A stretch of DNA of 64,000 bases from Lama glama (GCA_028534125.1 CM052818.1:27530001-27594000), one strand, 5' to 3'; numbered from the stretch's first letter, positions 38,317 through 51,475 are shown. Program-made: numbers and translations. Notes: generated by a model from the letters alone, not told the origin.

Positions 38317-38848
38317 CTGTGATGGTTAATTTTATGTGTCAGCTTGACCGGGCCATGGGGTGCTCAGACATTTGGCCAAACATTATTGTGGGAGTGTGCA
38401 AAGGTATTTCTGGGTGAGATTAACATTTAAATCAGTAGGCTGAATAAAGTATATTGCCCTCCCTTAATGTGAGTGAGCTGTATCCAATCCATTGAAGACC
38501 TGAAAAGAACAAAAAGGCTGAATAAGAGGGAATTCCTCCTTCCTGATTCTTTTAACTTAGATGTTTGCAGCCTTCAGACTCCAGCTGAAATGCTGGCTTT
38601 TATTTTTTATTTTTTATTTTTTATTTTTTATTTTTTATTTTTTGGTGGATCTCTAGCCTAGTGGCTTTTAGACTGGAAAATACACCACCATCAGCTCTCC
38701 TGGTTCTAAGGCTTTTGGACTTAGACTAGAACTATACCATTGGCTCTCCTGGGTCTCTACCTTACCAACTGCAGGTCTTGGGACTTCTCAGCCTCCATAG
38801 TCATGTGAGCCAATTTCTTATAATAAATCATAGATGATAGATAGGTGG

Positions 38849-38890
<42 letters not shown>

Positions 38891-38917
38891 CTAGATAGAT
38901 ATTCCTGACTAATGTAC
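38317..38917 (+). mobile_element. MLT2 (ERVL) LTR with internal microsatellites
   Basis: tgtgatggttaattttatgtgtcagcttgac...ggacttctcagcctccatagtcatgtgagccaat; (TTTTTTA)n near 38598-38645 and (GATA)n near 38830-38900. Confidence 0.9.
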
Positions 38918-39859
38918 ATCTTTACTTTTGTGCTGTTCTGCCAGACTACAATCTTTATAAATTATATAATACAATGTTTGTCACCTTAGTTTGTCTTTCC
39001 TGAAAGTTTTAATATACAGGGGTCTTATATGTTAGCAATGTTCAATTTTTTCTCAAGCTTTGAAAAGCTCTGATAGAAAAAACTATAAAAGTCAGAAGAC
39101 TTATCTCCCCATTAACTTGTATGATCGTGGTTGAACCTTTCCTCTGCTTGTGTCTCAGAGTAACCAAATGGACAATGATGGTGATAATTCCTACCTTGCT
39201 TTATTAATGAGGTTCTTACGAGGATCAAGCGAGATAAGAGATATGAAAAATGCTTTCAAAGATAAGGCAGTATACAGTAGTGATATAATTTTACTGTGCT
39301 TTAGTTGAAAGTTATTAATACTTCAGCATTACCTGAAATCTCTCTAATGACAATAGAGGAAAAAATCTGAATGGCCAGATGAACTGGAATAAAATAGACA
39401 AGTTAGAACAAAATTTGAGCAAATTAAAAGTGTATAACGCCAACAAGAAATCACTAGATCACTTTCTGCTTCCTCTTTAGTTTACAGTGTAATGAGCGGT
39501 GAGGAGTAAACTTGTAATATTCACAAAGCAGGTGAACTATTAAATTAATTTCATGTAAACAAACCAGATAAGAAGCAGAATATTTATTGACATGGAACAC
39601 CACTCCACTGCTATATAAATAACTACCATACAGATGCTTATAAATCTAACGTTTTTCATGTAATAGCACCAAAGAAAGCCTGTTTCACAGAAAGGAATCG
39701 TATCATTTGAAATTGCCAAAAACTTTGAAGCCCGGTGCCAGCTATAGCATAAGGGCCTAGTTAATGTTTGTAGACTGATTAGGGGAAACAATTATTTATA
39801 TATAAATAAGAATACTGAATATAGGATCAAGCAGATAATTCTTTTACTGAATGTTTCAA

Positions 39860-40050
39860 TACCACGTCCAGTTTGGAGCCTGAAACTTAAGTCAATGGAG
39901 AACTTGGCGCAGTTCCAGAGAAAAGCAAAGAAAATGATTAAAGAGTTGGAAAATGGGGCCTATAAAGCATGACTACGGGTACTGGGGCTTATTTAACCTG
40001 AAAGAAAAAGCTACGTGACTGCACCAGATTCTTGTATCTGAAACTGAGAG
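39860..40050 (+). mobile_element. CR1/L3 LINE ORF2 C-terminal fragment
   Basis: Translates ENLAQFQRKAKKMIKELENGAYKA*LRVLG, matching the CR1 motif EKLERVQRRATKMIKGLE...YEERLKELG. Confidence 0.8.
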
Positions 40051-40579
40051 ATGGTGAGATTCGCGGTCGCCCATCCATACAGCTGTACGAGCAGAAACTC
40101 AGAAGCAGCAAAGCTGTGCCCAAAGTATCGCTATTATTTCTGTAAATCTCTCTTTCCCTGTGTTTTTTTAAAACAACCACTGGCATCTCTGGGACAAGCA
40201 GGGTGCACACTGATGGAACCCACAAACACATTATCAAGTGCCACTGAGGAAGGAGTAGGGTAGGGCGTGATCCCGAACTTTGGGAAGGTGAGGGTTAGCC
40301 AAGGAGACCCTGTGCAAAGAGTCACAGGATGTCAGGACATTTCTATCAAACAACATGAAAGTCCCTAGTGTTTCTAGGAAAGGCACTGTCAAGGGTACTT
40401 GAGAGGCTGGGGTAGAAAAGGAGTTGTTCACCAGGGTCTTAATGCTGCAAACGCATTTATTGGGCCAAAGTAGGCAGGAGGGCAGTCAGGCTACTCCAGA
40501 TGCACGGAAGAAGCAGCACAGGAAATCCAGGCGAGACACAGTGAGGGCCCGGACCGGTCAGGAAGGCCAGAGCAGACAT

Positions 40580-40710
40580 GTTACCACATCTGACTTGCAG
40601 ATGAAGAAACTGAGGTTCACTGGTCTCAGTGATCCGGGCAAGGTTAGCAGTAGTTCATGTCAGGGCTGAGACTTGACCCCAGTAATCCCGATTTTTGAGT
40701 CTGTTAGGGC
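40580..40710 (-). mobile_element. MIR
   Basis: ttgcagatgaagaaactgaggttca...gggctgagacttgacccc. Confidence 0.7.
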
Positions 40711-41799
40711 TCTTTACAAATCCTTGCTATTCGTTTAGCAGTCCTAACGTAACGTGGTTTGTTGGATAAATATTTCTTTCCATTAGAGCTGAAATTGTTA
40801 CCAATAGAAAATCCATCTTGTGGAGTAGTTTGGTGGGGGGAGGGGAGATGATGTCATCATGGTCATAGGGTGCAAAGCTACTGGATTCTGTGCATACACA
40901 CACACAGACACTAGTTATTTATAAATACAAAGAGTTTAATTTAGCCAAAGTGTCATTTAATAGTAAATAAAACATCTCAGCTTTTTTGGTTACACTCCAC
41001 AGAGCAAATACAAGAGATAAAAACTGGAATTAAATTATTTTCAATTTTTAATTTTAAATCGAAACAAAATACACCACTGCGCCCGTGCTGTCCTAAAGAG
41101 TACTTTCTATTATCACTCCTGTGGCATCCTCACATCTGCTCTTTTTCTCGTGTTTTAAAAGAAAATGTTTCACACGCCTTCAGTCAATCTAACAAATAAT
41201 CAAAAAATTATTTTGATTCAACACACACAAAATTTGGGGAGAGAAGTAGCTTGTTGGAGTCCAGGCAAATCACAAGATGAAACAGAAGTCAGTGTATTGG
41301 TAAGACAGAAATTTAATTTATTTTATTACTTAATTTTGTTTCTCTATAGTTGGAGCCTAGCAAAATTAATTCTGAATTTCTAGATATTGAGAATCTAGAA
41401 TTACTGATATCTGAATTTTTCTGTCTCAATAATTGACTGAAAATGAATAAAAAAAATCTATTTCCCATTCTTTTTATTTTTGTTTTGAAGGCTCAGTGGA
41501 ATAAATTTCACAGAAAACAAACACTGGAGAAACTAATACAAGTCTTCAAGGCATCCTGCTGTTTCTTAGATGGTTCCCAGGCAAACTCTGGGTTAAATAC
41601 GCTGCTCTAGAAAGCCTCACGCCAATAATCCTACCTGACCATCGTTTCACAGTGACCTCTTTTTATTTTGCCCCATGACTAGAAATCACCTTAAACTTCA
41701 GTATTGGAGGATGAACTTTCCTGGTTCAATTTTGCAAGTGTCCTAATTGTAATTATATCCAATTTATTGGCAGCAGATCAAGGACATGAAAGCTGACCT

Positions 41800-42060
41800 T
41801 TTAAAAAATGTTTAAAATTTAAAATTTTTTTTATTGACGTATAGTCAGTTTACAATGTATCAATTTCTGGTGTACAGCATAATGTTTTAATTGTACATAT
41901 ACACAGATATACTCCTTTTCATATTCTTTTCCATTATAGGTTACTACAAGATACTGAACATAGTTCCCTCTGCTATATATAGTTGAAACTTGTCATTTAT
42001 CTATTTTATATTGAGTAGTTAGTATCTGCAAATCTTGAACTCCCAATTTATCCCTTCCCT
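41800..42060 (-). mobile_element. Lineage-specific L1 3' end
   Basis: ttttattgacgtatagtcagtttacaatg...aactcccaatttatcccttccc; same family as 37330-37560. Confidence 0.9.
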
Positions 42061-43589
42061 TTTCATTCCTGCCTGCCTGTCCCCTCTCCTTGCACGGAAG
42101 CTCTGTGATAAATGAGGAATGAGGAACACACATCTGCTCAGTGACCACACTTGCTTGTGATTCCCTCTATGCACTTGCCTTAGGAAGGCACTGGAAAGTC
42201 ACTGAAAAGTGAGGCAATTTCTTAGCCATCAGTTTGTAAGAATCCTGGCTGCCCTGACATGATTTAAAACATGAACATCATGACCTCGATGTTCTCAGAA
42301 GGTATTAGTCTCCCTGCCTCCCTTTCAGGGAAGTCCTGAGTTCTTTTCCTTAGGAGGAGTGGATGCATCTAAACGCTAACAGTTTCCCATGTAAGCTTGA
42401 GTACACGTCTGAAGTCTTGACTTTGTGTCAACTTAAAAAATGAGAAATTCAGTCTTGTCCTATTAGTGAACCCTGGTAGGGCCTGACACCACTGAGGAGA
42501 GTGTTTGAGTTCGGAGACTGGCACTAGCTGGTGCCCATGCACTGGGAGGGAGGCCAGGCAAGATGGTCACTGCAGGAGTGGGTCACTCAGGGTGACATCT
42601 GGAGGCAGAAGCCCCTTTCACCTAAAGCTGCAGATGCCTGAGCCAGAGGAGTCATTTAAGCCCCTATCCTAAATAAAATGACTCAGGTTGAAACTAGAGA
42701 GATGCATCTGAATAGGTCATCAATGTGAAGAGATCCCGATGTAGGAAGCAGGGCCTGGAGTAAAGAGAGAGCAAAGCCAGTAGGAGGGTGTTTGGGGAAA
42801 TTACACAGACAGGTTTTTACACATCCTCTGTAATGCATTGGGTGGATGGGCTGGATTTGTTTGCAAGTCTACAGATGGAGCTGACCTCACCACATGAGAA
42901 GCTCTCTCCTAGCAGGGCAGGGTCTGCTGAGGCTGGTGCACACCGAAGTCAGAGATAACTTCTCATGACTGTTCTGCAGGCTGTCTACTACACTGCTGAT
43001 GGGTGAATGGGCCAATGGGGCTGAGGAACTCTCTCAAGCATATTCAGGCTGTCTCAGGGAAATCAGCGCTAATGACGGGGCTCTAGTCTAGTTGGTGGAA
43101 TTTCAGCAGGGAGGCCAAGGCTGGTGTGGATGCACATGAGTAAGACTGATGGAGTCAGCTGCCACAGGTACATCCCACCCGTTCTCTTCTCAGGCAGGTG
43201 GTATCCATGGGTTAGAGGAAAGGGGTCACAGAGGTCTTCAGGGTGAGCTGAAACTCTACCAACTGCTAGAATAATGGTGGTACCAGGAGGTGCAGAAAGA
43301 AGAGGACATGATATTTTGGGTGGAGGAAAACAGTGGAGCTCTACATGAAGGCTGCTGTGGCTGCTGAGTGGACTAGTTGTATGGTCTTTAAAAGATACAA
43401 TTCTGAGTGTCTTTCTCTCAGAACAGACTAACATGCTCACTCTGACCACTGATCTGTGAATTTTGAAAGGTGAATGGAACCATAGATGAACAGCATCCTC
43501 CGAACTGGGATTTAAGTGGCTGGGCTGTCTTAGGATCTAGCAGATTTCCTGGATGAATAGGGATAGTGTCAGGGAATGGTGCCCTGGTG

Positions 43590-43722
43590 GAGAGGATCAG
43601 GACAGGGACTGTAGCAAGTCACATGGCCACACCTAACCCTAAGAAGGCAGGGAAGTGCAAGCCTTCCATGTGCCCAAAAGAGGGCCAAAAATACTTCACA
43701 ATCAGCACTAATGACTACCACA
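43590..43722 (-). mobile_element. MLT1J/K-like LTR end
   Basis: agtcacatggccacacctaac...gcactaatgactaccaca. Confidence 0.6.
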
Positions 43723-43897
43723 ACGCCCATTTCACTAGGATGGTGTTGTGACCATGGGTAGTGAATTAGTCTGAAATGATGTGTCTGAACAGTTCACAGT
43801 TTGGTGGATATGTGGCTAGCTCAGCATTGCCACCATCACCAGCCCATGCCCCCATCTCAGTCCTCTCCTTGACCTGAGCATTTCAAGTGTCAATTTC

Positions 43898-44379
43898 TGT
43901 GGTAGGTAGATTAATGGTGCTCCAAAGAGCTATATACTCTAATCCCTAGAATCTATGAATATACTACCATATGTGACAAAAGAAACTTTGCAGATAGAGG
44001 TGATTAAGGATGTTAGGATGGGGAAGCTATCATGGATTATCCGGGTGGGCCCAATGGAATCACAGGGGCCCCTGTATAAGGGAGACAGGAGTGTGAGTCA
44101 GAGGAAGAGATTTGAAGATGCTACACTGCTTGCTTTGAAGCTGGAGGGGAGAGGCCACAAGCCAAGAAATGCAGGCAGTCTCTAGGAACTGGAAGGGGAA
44201 GGAAATAAAGCCTCTACCAGAGCCTCCAGAAGGAACATCGCCATGCCTACACCTTGATTTTGGCACAGTTAGAGCATCTCAGACTTCTGAACTCCAGAAC
44301 AGTAAGAGAACACAATTGTGTTGTTTTAAGCCATTAAATGTGTGGCAATTTGTTCTAGTAGCAATAGGAAACTGATACA
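43898..44379 (+). mobile_element. MLT1D-like MaLR LTR
   Basis: tgtggtaggtagattaatgg...ggattatccgggtgggccc...gtagcaataggaaactgataca. Confidence 0.9.
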
Positions 44380-44937
44380 ATGTCCCAGAAAATGTGATGG
44401 AAGCTGAAAGTCCTTAGATGACAGAGTTTGGAATGGACAGGAGTGGATGACAGGAAGCACTGTTGCAAAGCTGCCATGTTGGCATGTTGGCACATGAGGA
44501 GTGTGAATTCCATGGTCACCACTCCAACCCACTGACCTGGGAGGACAGGCAGCCCCAACTCCAAAGGGACCCCTAGTAAAAGAACTTGGTCCTGTCAATC
44601 ATGTTTTAAATGAGTAAAACACAACCCCACATGTGCATCAATATGAAATCCTTCTTGCTTTTCTTTCTCCTAACTTTTCCTTCTTCATATTCATTCCTTT
44701 TTCTCTCTCAGCTTCAGTTTCTTTCCATTTCAGCTGAACCAAACAGCAAGATAGTGTCACAATTTTAAACATCTTCACCTGCAGAGCACTGCATACTTCC
44801 AGGATTGGGAGGGATCTTAAGAATATAGGGTCAACCACACACCCAAAACTCCAGTCTGCTCTACAACTTCCATCCAAGGTTAATGGCCCAATACCTCCAG
44901 TGAAGGAGTCTTGCTACCTCTCAGGACAGCCTTTTTC

Positions 44938-45056
44938 GGGGGTTGGGAATAACTCAGTGGTAGCGCACATGCTTAGGATGCAGGAGGTCCTAGGTTCAAT
45001 CCCCAGGTTCAATTCCCATTAAACAAAAAAATTAAAAAAAGAAAAAAGAAAAAAAC
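44938..45056 (+). mobile_element. Camelid-type tRNA-derived SINE with TSD
   Basis: taactcagtggtagcgcacatgcttaggatgcaggaggtcctaggttcaatcccc plus poly(A); flanked by gacagcctttttc and gatagccttttcc. Confidence 0.9.
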
Positions 45057-45689
45057 GATAGCCTTTTCCATCTTTGCACACTGAAAGGTTTCAGGTGGGT
45101 ATAAGCCAAAATTAATTTATCCTTTTCATGGTTACTACTCATTAGTCATTTTTTATCCCTGGAAATGGCTAAGAACATAGGATAGTTCTAATCCTACTTT
45201 TAAATGATAAGCCTTGAAATATTTACAGGCATTTGGGAAATTTAAGAAAAAAAATCCTATTGAAACAATGGATAAACCATGCAAGTGGCTTGGCAGGAAT
45301 CTCTTCTTCATATTAGTTCATTTCCATCTTAGAACGATGTCATGTTTTGATGAAGTGTATGGAAGATTAAGAATGGGACAGCCCCTTCATAGTAAAAGTC
45401 CCAGTTAAAATGACTACAACATATATTCCTGGGTAATGAGGGGAGAGGAGGAGAGCACAGATTCCAGAGCCAGGAACTACAGGGCAGCCCAGGGAAGAAG
45501 CGTAGTACAGTTATCTGTTGACCTGCTACCCCACTGCATCCTCCTTATGACTTCCTAGGGTCAGAAAGACTATCTTTCAAAAATGTCTCCTAAAACAAAT
45601 CAGCCTCATTGTTAGATTATCTCACATGTAATAACAAATCAGCCAAAGGACTTAGAAGACATTGCCATTCTTTTAGAATTAATAGACCC

Positions 45690-46148
45690 AAGTCGATATT
45701 CTCCATTTGCTTTCCATCTGAATCCACTCCAGGCCTTTCTCTGCTCTGGTCTGTGACTCCTGTGGTTGGCACGACCCAGACTCACTAATCCATTGGTTTC
45801 CAGTTGGGTTTGACACTTATAGAAAATAAGAGGTGGGAGAGAAGAGATTGGGTTATTTATTCTCTCTTTTTTTGGCAAACTAATTTGGCCAAAGGCTGTG
45901 ATAGATCCTGTAAGCCAGATCTCTTCCATGGCTTCAGGCAGCTCCTGCTTCCAATAGCACAATTCTCGGTTCCTTTTAGAGCCGAGAATGGTGACAATTC
46001 CCTACTGCTGCTCTTCCCTGGGTGCTTCGACATCCCTTATTAGTTCTCTTAACCCTGCTCACATCTCTCTAAATAGCTCCTTAAATGAATTCTCTTTAAA
46101 ATCCCAGTTGAATGTGCCTTCCGTTTCTTCTTGAGATCCTGGTTAATA
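45690..46148. mobile_element. ERVL LTR (LTR33-like)
   Basis: ggtttccagttgggtttgac...gggttatttattc...ttgaatgtgcc...atcctggttaata. Confidence 0.55.
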
Positions 46149-46627
46149 GGCTGGTCTCCCTGCTTGCACCCTTGGCCATCCGCAGTGATGCTTTTCAAAC
46201 AGGAGCCACTCATGTCACTCCTCTGCTCAAAAACCCGCCAGCGGCTTCCCCTCTCACTGACACTCCTTACATTGGCTTAAAAGTCTACTAGCCCAACCCT
46301 ATCAAAACAACCACAGCTTTGTATAACAAATGCTTTAAATTGTCAGAAAAGGCAAGCACGTGTAATTCAGTCTACCTAGATATGTAACTTCAAAAATAGT
46401 AATATAATGACCTATATTATATATCTGAGGAATAAAAGGAAAATACTAATGAAAAATAATATAAATTTCAGGATCAAAATACTCAGGCATGAATATACTC
46501 GGAAACAAAATGAAGCATCAGAGGATTGCATCTATATGTAGAACCACCCAGAACAAATGCAGATGTGTTAAAGTGGTGCCTCAAACGGATTGCCATCAGT
46601 GACATGATTTTCCAAAATGGTTATGCC

Positions 46628-47640
46628 TGTTAGCACTTTATTGCCCCTCAGCCTCAAATCTACCTGTCATTGCCTGCTCTGTAAAATGGAGTGGGCCCTT
46701 TAAATATTTTTCCTTCGCACGATGTTAACCTTTGCCAGTAGAGGGTACAGAGGAAGGGAATTTCTTTCCTGGTTCCAGTGAGCTACTCTTTGCAGGCTCC
46801 TAGAGTATGCTTGGCTTTTTACAGCACACAGTTCTTGCAGCCTGTGTTTTTCCTTCAGAACCATATTTTTGCAGCAGGACTGCTTCTCTGACATCCAGCT
46901 CCTGCAGTGTGTACAGCTTCTTCAACAACCAACTCCCGAAGCCCTTGCAACTCCTCCAGCACAGACATGTTACCCATGCCCAGGTCCTGCAGTGAGCAGT
47001 GCCCAGCAGCACCCAGCAGCCAGCAGTCCCTCCAGCACAGACATATTATCCATGCCCAGGTTCCTGCAGTGAACAGGGACCAGCAGCACCCTGTACAGCT
47101 TCTTCAACAACCAACTCCCGAAGCCCTTGCAACTCCTCCAGCACAGACATGTTACCCATGCCCAGGTTCCTGCAGTGAACAGGGACCAGCAGCACCCAGC
47201 AGCCAGCAGTCCTCCAGTACACCTCTTACTCAGTGTCCTAGCAGAGCACCTCCAAGAGACCCTTCCAACAAATGGCTTTCCTCAACACTTGATCTTTTTC
47301 AAAAGTTCCAAAAGGGACATTTTGAGCAAGTTCTACCAGTGCAAAACCACAGCAACTTCTTTACCAACCAATGAGCCAGGGCTGTGCCATTCCAACAAGT
47401 ACTGGCTCTCAGCAGTCCCTCACTCCAGGGTGGGTGGTTCTTCCTTGTTTGTTCTCTCTTAGCCTTAGGGGTAGTGCTGACTCTTACAGCTGTCGCTCCT
47501 ACGTTCCCTACAATTCCCTTCTTACTCACCAATCCCCAGTTATTCTAATTTTATGTTATAGTTAACAGTGCTTTACAGTAAGCTTTCCTGTTTAACTTAC
47601 CATATGATTTAACTTCCCTGATTGGACCCTGACTGAGAGA
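46628..47640 (+). mobile_element. ERVL LTR (LTR41-like) with internal duplication
   Basis: attgcctgctctg...gggccctttaaatatttttcctt...gccagtagaggg...ccctgattggaccctgactga. Confidence 0.7.
46910..47218 (+). repeat. Nested tandem duplication
   Basis: 75 nt at 46910-46984 are identical to 47092-47166. The subunit cctccagcacagacat...cagcagcaccc occurs three times (about 46953, 47029, 47135). Confidence 0.92.
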
Positions 47641-48139
47641 ATGGTGAAAAACTCTTGGTAAAGTTCTTGAGAAAATAACACATTTCTTTCATCCACATAG
47701 TAGCTAGAGTCCTAAGAAATCCAGTAATTATAAAATGGTGCAAAATAAAAACTTTTTGTTTACATGTAAAATGGAGTAAAGTTTCAGACTTCAAAACTGT
47801 AAACACTTTTTTTTTTTTTACTGTGTGCGGGGATGCCACTTACAGGTGTACAGATTGTGCAAGACTCAGTCCTTGGGGACACCATGCCCAGCAGATCCAT
47901 CTCAATGGTGCTTCCAAAAATTCTGCAGTCCATCACTCCCACCATGGCAGCCCTATACTACACAAATACTCATTCATGTATTTGAAAAGTGGGTGAGATG
48001 TAGGCTAATTCTTCACTGTGCAAGACTATGTACCTATTGCTGTGCGTCTAGTATCATTGGCCTCCACCCACTCTGTAACAGTAGCACACCTTAATTATCC
48101 TGTCAACCAAAAACACTCCACAAACTTCACCTGTGGGGA

Positions 48140-48625
48140 AAGGAGCATATTCAGGCCTCATTTCTCTGATCTCGTCTTTTAAGCTCTCATTCTTGCTCCA
48201 ATCACACCAATCTTCTTGATAGTCGTTAAACAGTCCATGTTCCCTCCTTCCTCAAGAGCCTTTGCAACTTATTTCTCTGGATGGATAATTCTGTGGCTTA
48301 ATATCTCCAAACTCTCCTTCACTTCCTGCAGGCTCCTGCCCAAATGCTACCTTATCATAGAGCCCTTCTCTGGCTACCCTGCATGAGACAGAAATCCCAC
48401 ATCCACCCCAGCTCTGCTTGTCCCTCTTATTTTGCTTTGTTTTCCTTAACATCATGATCACTATCTACAGCACTACCTGTTTTACTGAGTTAATCTTCTG
48501 TATCCCTCTCACTAGCCCGTAAGGGCCACGAGGCCAGGAACTTGACCTGTTGTGTTCACTGTTGTATCCCCAGCACCTAAGACAGTGCCTACTTGTACTA
48601 GCCCCTCAGTAATCACTTGTGCCAC
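48140..48625 (+). mobile_element. L2 3' fragment
   Basis: caagagcctttgcaactt...cccaaatgctacctt...gttcactgttgtatccccagcacctaagacagtgcct. Confidence 0.8.
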
Positions 48626-49097
48626 GAACAGTACACGGTAACAACTTCACTCATGACAACACACGCTCAGCAACCCTCCTCTTTCCCATTTATCCCAGTT
48701 GATGAATTCAATCACTTCCCTTCCCCTATCTCTAACTTGAGTGGCACTGCCCAGAAGAAAAAAACTGAGATAGTCAGCAAGACCTATTGTAGAACATTAG
48801 GTAACACTGACGTTTCTTGTGTGAAGGGATGAATGCAGAGTAGTTTTCAGATGAGAAGCTGTTAGTTTTCACCAAGTTCATTTAACGTAAGTATGCCCTC
48901 CATATAGGCTTGGAAGACAAAAATGAAGATAGAAATTGGGTGTGGCAGACACAAGGCACTTGTTAGGTATTATCACATTTAATCTGTAGAGCCATCTTGA
49001 AAAACAGAGAAAACTAAAATTATTTCACTTAAGAGAAAACATAGGCTCAGTGATATTAAGTTAATATCAGAGTGAAATTCAAAACCATGTCTGTCTG

Positions 49098-49848
49098 CAA
49101 ATTGCTGGAGAGGCTGTGGAGAAAAGAGAACCTTCCTACACTGCTAGTGAGAATGCAGTTTGGTGCAGCCACTGTGGAAAACAGTATGGAGATTCCTCAA
49201 AAGACTAGGAATAGACTTACCATATGACCCAGGAATCCCACTCCTGGGCATATATCCAAAAGGAACCCTAATTCAAAAAGACACCTGCACCCCAATGTTC
49301 ATAGCAGCCACTATTTACAATAGCCAAGACATGGAAACAGCCTAAATGTCCATCAACAGATGACTGGATAAAGATGATGTGGTATATTTATACAATGGAA
49401 TACTACTCAGCCATAAAACCGACAACATAATGCCATTTGCAGCAACATGGATGTTCCCGCAGAATGTCATCTTCAGTGAAGTAAGCCAGAAAGAGAAAGA
49501 AAAATGCCATATGAGATTGCTCATATGTGGAATCTAAAAAAAAGAAAACAAAAAACATAAATACAAAACAGAAACAGAGTCATAGACATAGAATACAAAC
49601 TTGTGGTTGTCAAGGGGGTGGGGGATGGGAAGGGACAGACTAGGATTTCAAAATGTAGAGTAGATAAACAAGATACTATATAGCACAGGGAAATACATAC
49701 AAGATCTTGTGGTAGCTCACAGGGAAAAAAAATGTGACAATGAATATATGTATTCTCATGTATGACTGAAAAAATTGTGCTCTACACTGGAATTTGACAC
49801 AACATTGTAAAATGACTATAACTCAATAAAAAAAATGTTTAAAAAAAA
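49098..49848 (+). mobile_element. Lineage-specific L1 3' end inserted in a MIR
   Basis: ORF2 tail [33 protein letters not shown], poly(A), TSD catgtct(g/a)tctg. Reverse-MIR sequence continues on both sides. Confidence 0.93.
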
Positions 49849-50529
49849 ACATGTCTATCTGACTCTAAAATCTATGGTCATTTTACCACATCACTGGAGT
49901 GAGACAATGAAATATGCTGAACACAAGTGCAATTTCCTCACAATCTGAGGATGATTTTAAGGGTCACAGTTTCTAAAAAAACCCTCAGATTCATTGCCAA
50001 TAATATTTATTATATGACATAAATGAGAAATTGTCTCATTTGTGGACAATATCTAGAAACACTTGGCAACTAAAGTCAACTCTCCCTCATCTTTAGATGA
50101 ATTATGCAAAATTTTGACTTACCCATGGCAAACTTTTTTTAAAAGTCAGTTTATTAACCAATAGCACCTACTCTGCTTAATGAATTGCTTTGTTGATATT
50201 ATTGGCAGTTTGGACCCTGCCTACTTAATTATTCTGTACTAAAGTAATCAATCTCCTTTGTCTTACCAAGGCCAAGGCTGAGGTAAATTATGAGACACAG
50301 AAATGCTCCTCCCATCCCTTCTTTGTTAGAATCTGGCTGGAGGAGAATAGAGAAACAAAAGGAAGATAGACTGCAAGCAGGACTGCTTACTCAGCAGTAG
50401 GTCTGACCTGCAAAGGTCAATAACCAGAATCCAAGAAGGCCAATATCCACCCCAATAACCAATGTCCAGCTGGCTTTGGATGGTGTTCCTAATCTTAGAA
50501 GTCAAAGAGGTATTAATCACCTCTACGTG

Positions 50530-50700
50530 CACCATCGTCTTTTCTACATTATTATTTAATCCTCACAATATAAAGGTTTACTTTTAGTTCCAATTTACAA
50601 ATGAGATGTTGAGAACCTTCACTAAGCTTAGATATAAAGGAACCAGAATCCCACCCAGGTCTGTCTGACTCCACGGCCCATGCCTTTCACCACTGAACTA
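50530..50700 (-). mobile_element. MIR
   Basis: tttaatcctcacaat...cccaggtctgtctgactccacggcccatgcc. Confidence 0.7.
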
Positions 50701-51475
50701 TGGTGCAGGACAGGAACATTCCTTGTCAGAGAGGGCAGGATCACCTCCATTCCCAGGGCCAGTCTGTGGAAGCAGGATCTTTAGTTCATGGCGAGACAGA
50801 AAAGGGCCATGAGCTGCAGAGCTGCACCCCAGGCTAAGAGCAAGGCCAGCCGAGTGGGCCCAGGCCTAGCTAACTGTTACAGGGCCTGGTACACATATGA
50901 TCTGTGACCCACAGGTCAGTGAGTCTCACTTCAGGTGAGGTACTGCTCATGGTATCTCAAAAGCAGATAAGGACCTAACTGCAGATAAAAGGTTGTGGAA
51001 GAATAACTTACAGTCCAACAAAAATTATCCAGACTATTAGACACATACAACATTATCTACTTCATTCATTCTACTAATACTTTTTTTTCAGTATAACCCC
51101 AGAATATAATGGTCATTGTATTCATTTTCTATATGCAATATAAAAATCATCTTAAATATATCCCTCTTCTAAACCCATAATCCTGAACTACAGGTGAGTT
51201 AATCAAGGTGCTGTCCTGTTAGCAATCAGGCTTCACCATCACCAGATTTACTCCTCCCTCTCCCAAAAGGTTATTTCTTCAGTTAACTCTGCCTGGGTCC
51301 TCCTGTTCTGGCCTTTGCCTCACAAGCATCTCTGAAACAAAGAGGGTTTCAGTGAAAGCACAGAAACACTGTGAGCCAGGCAGCCCTGAGAATCAAACGA
51401 TGAGGCAACGATGCTCCCATGGGGCAACATACCCTTCAGTCTGAATACTGGGTGTGCTGTCTAGTCAGGCCAGGG

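Noticed and set aside
44938..45015. tRNA gene
   Set aside because: A and B boxes are present, but poly(A), TSD and the lack of a proper acceptor stem identify a SINE. The same applies to 5667-5796.
46907..47374. SPRR/LCE-like cornified-envelope gene
   Set aside because: Similarity is compositional only. There is no ATG at the ORF start and it lies inside an LTR duplication.
49160..49345. 61-aa ORF as a gene
   Set aside because: It is the L1 ORF2 C-terminal remnant of a truncated element.
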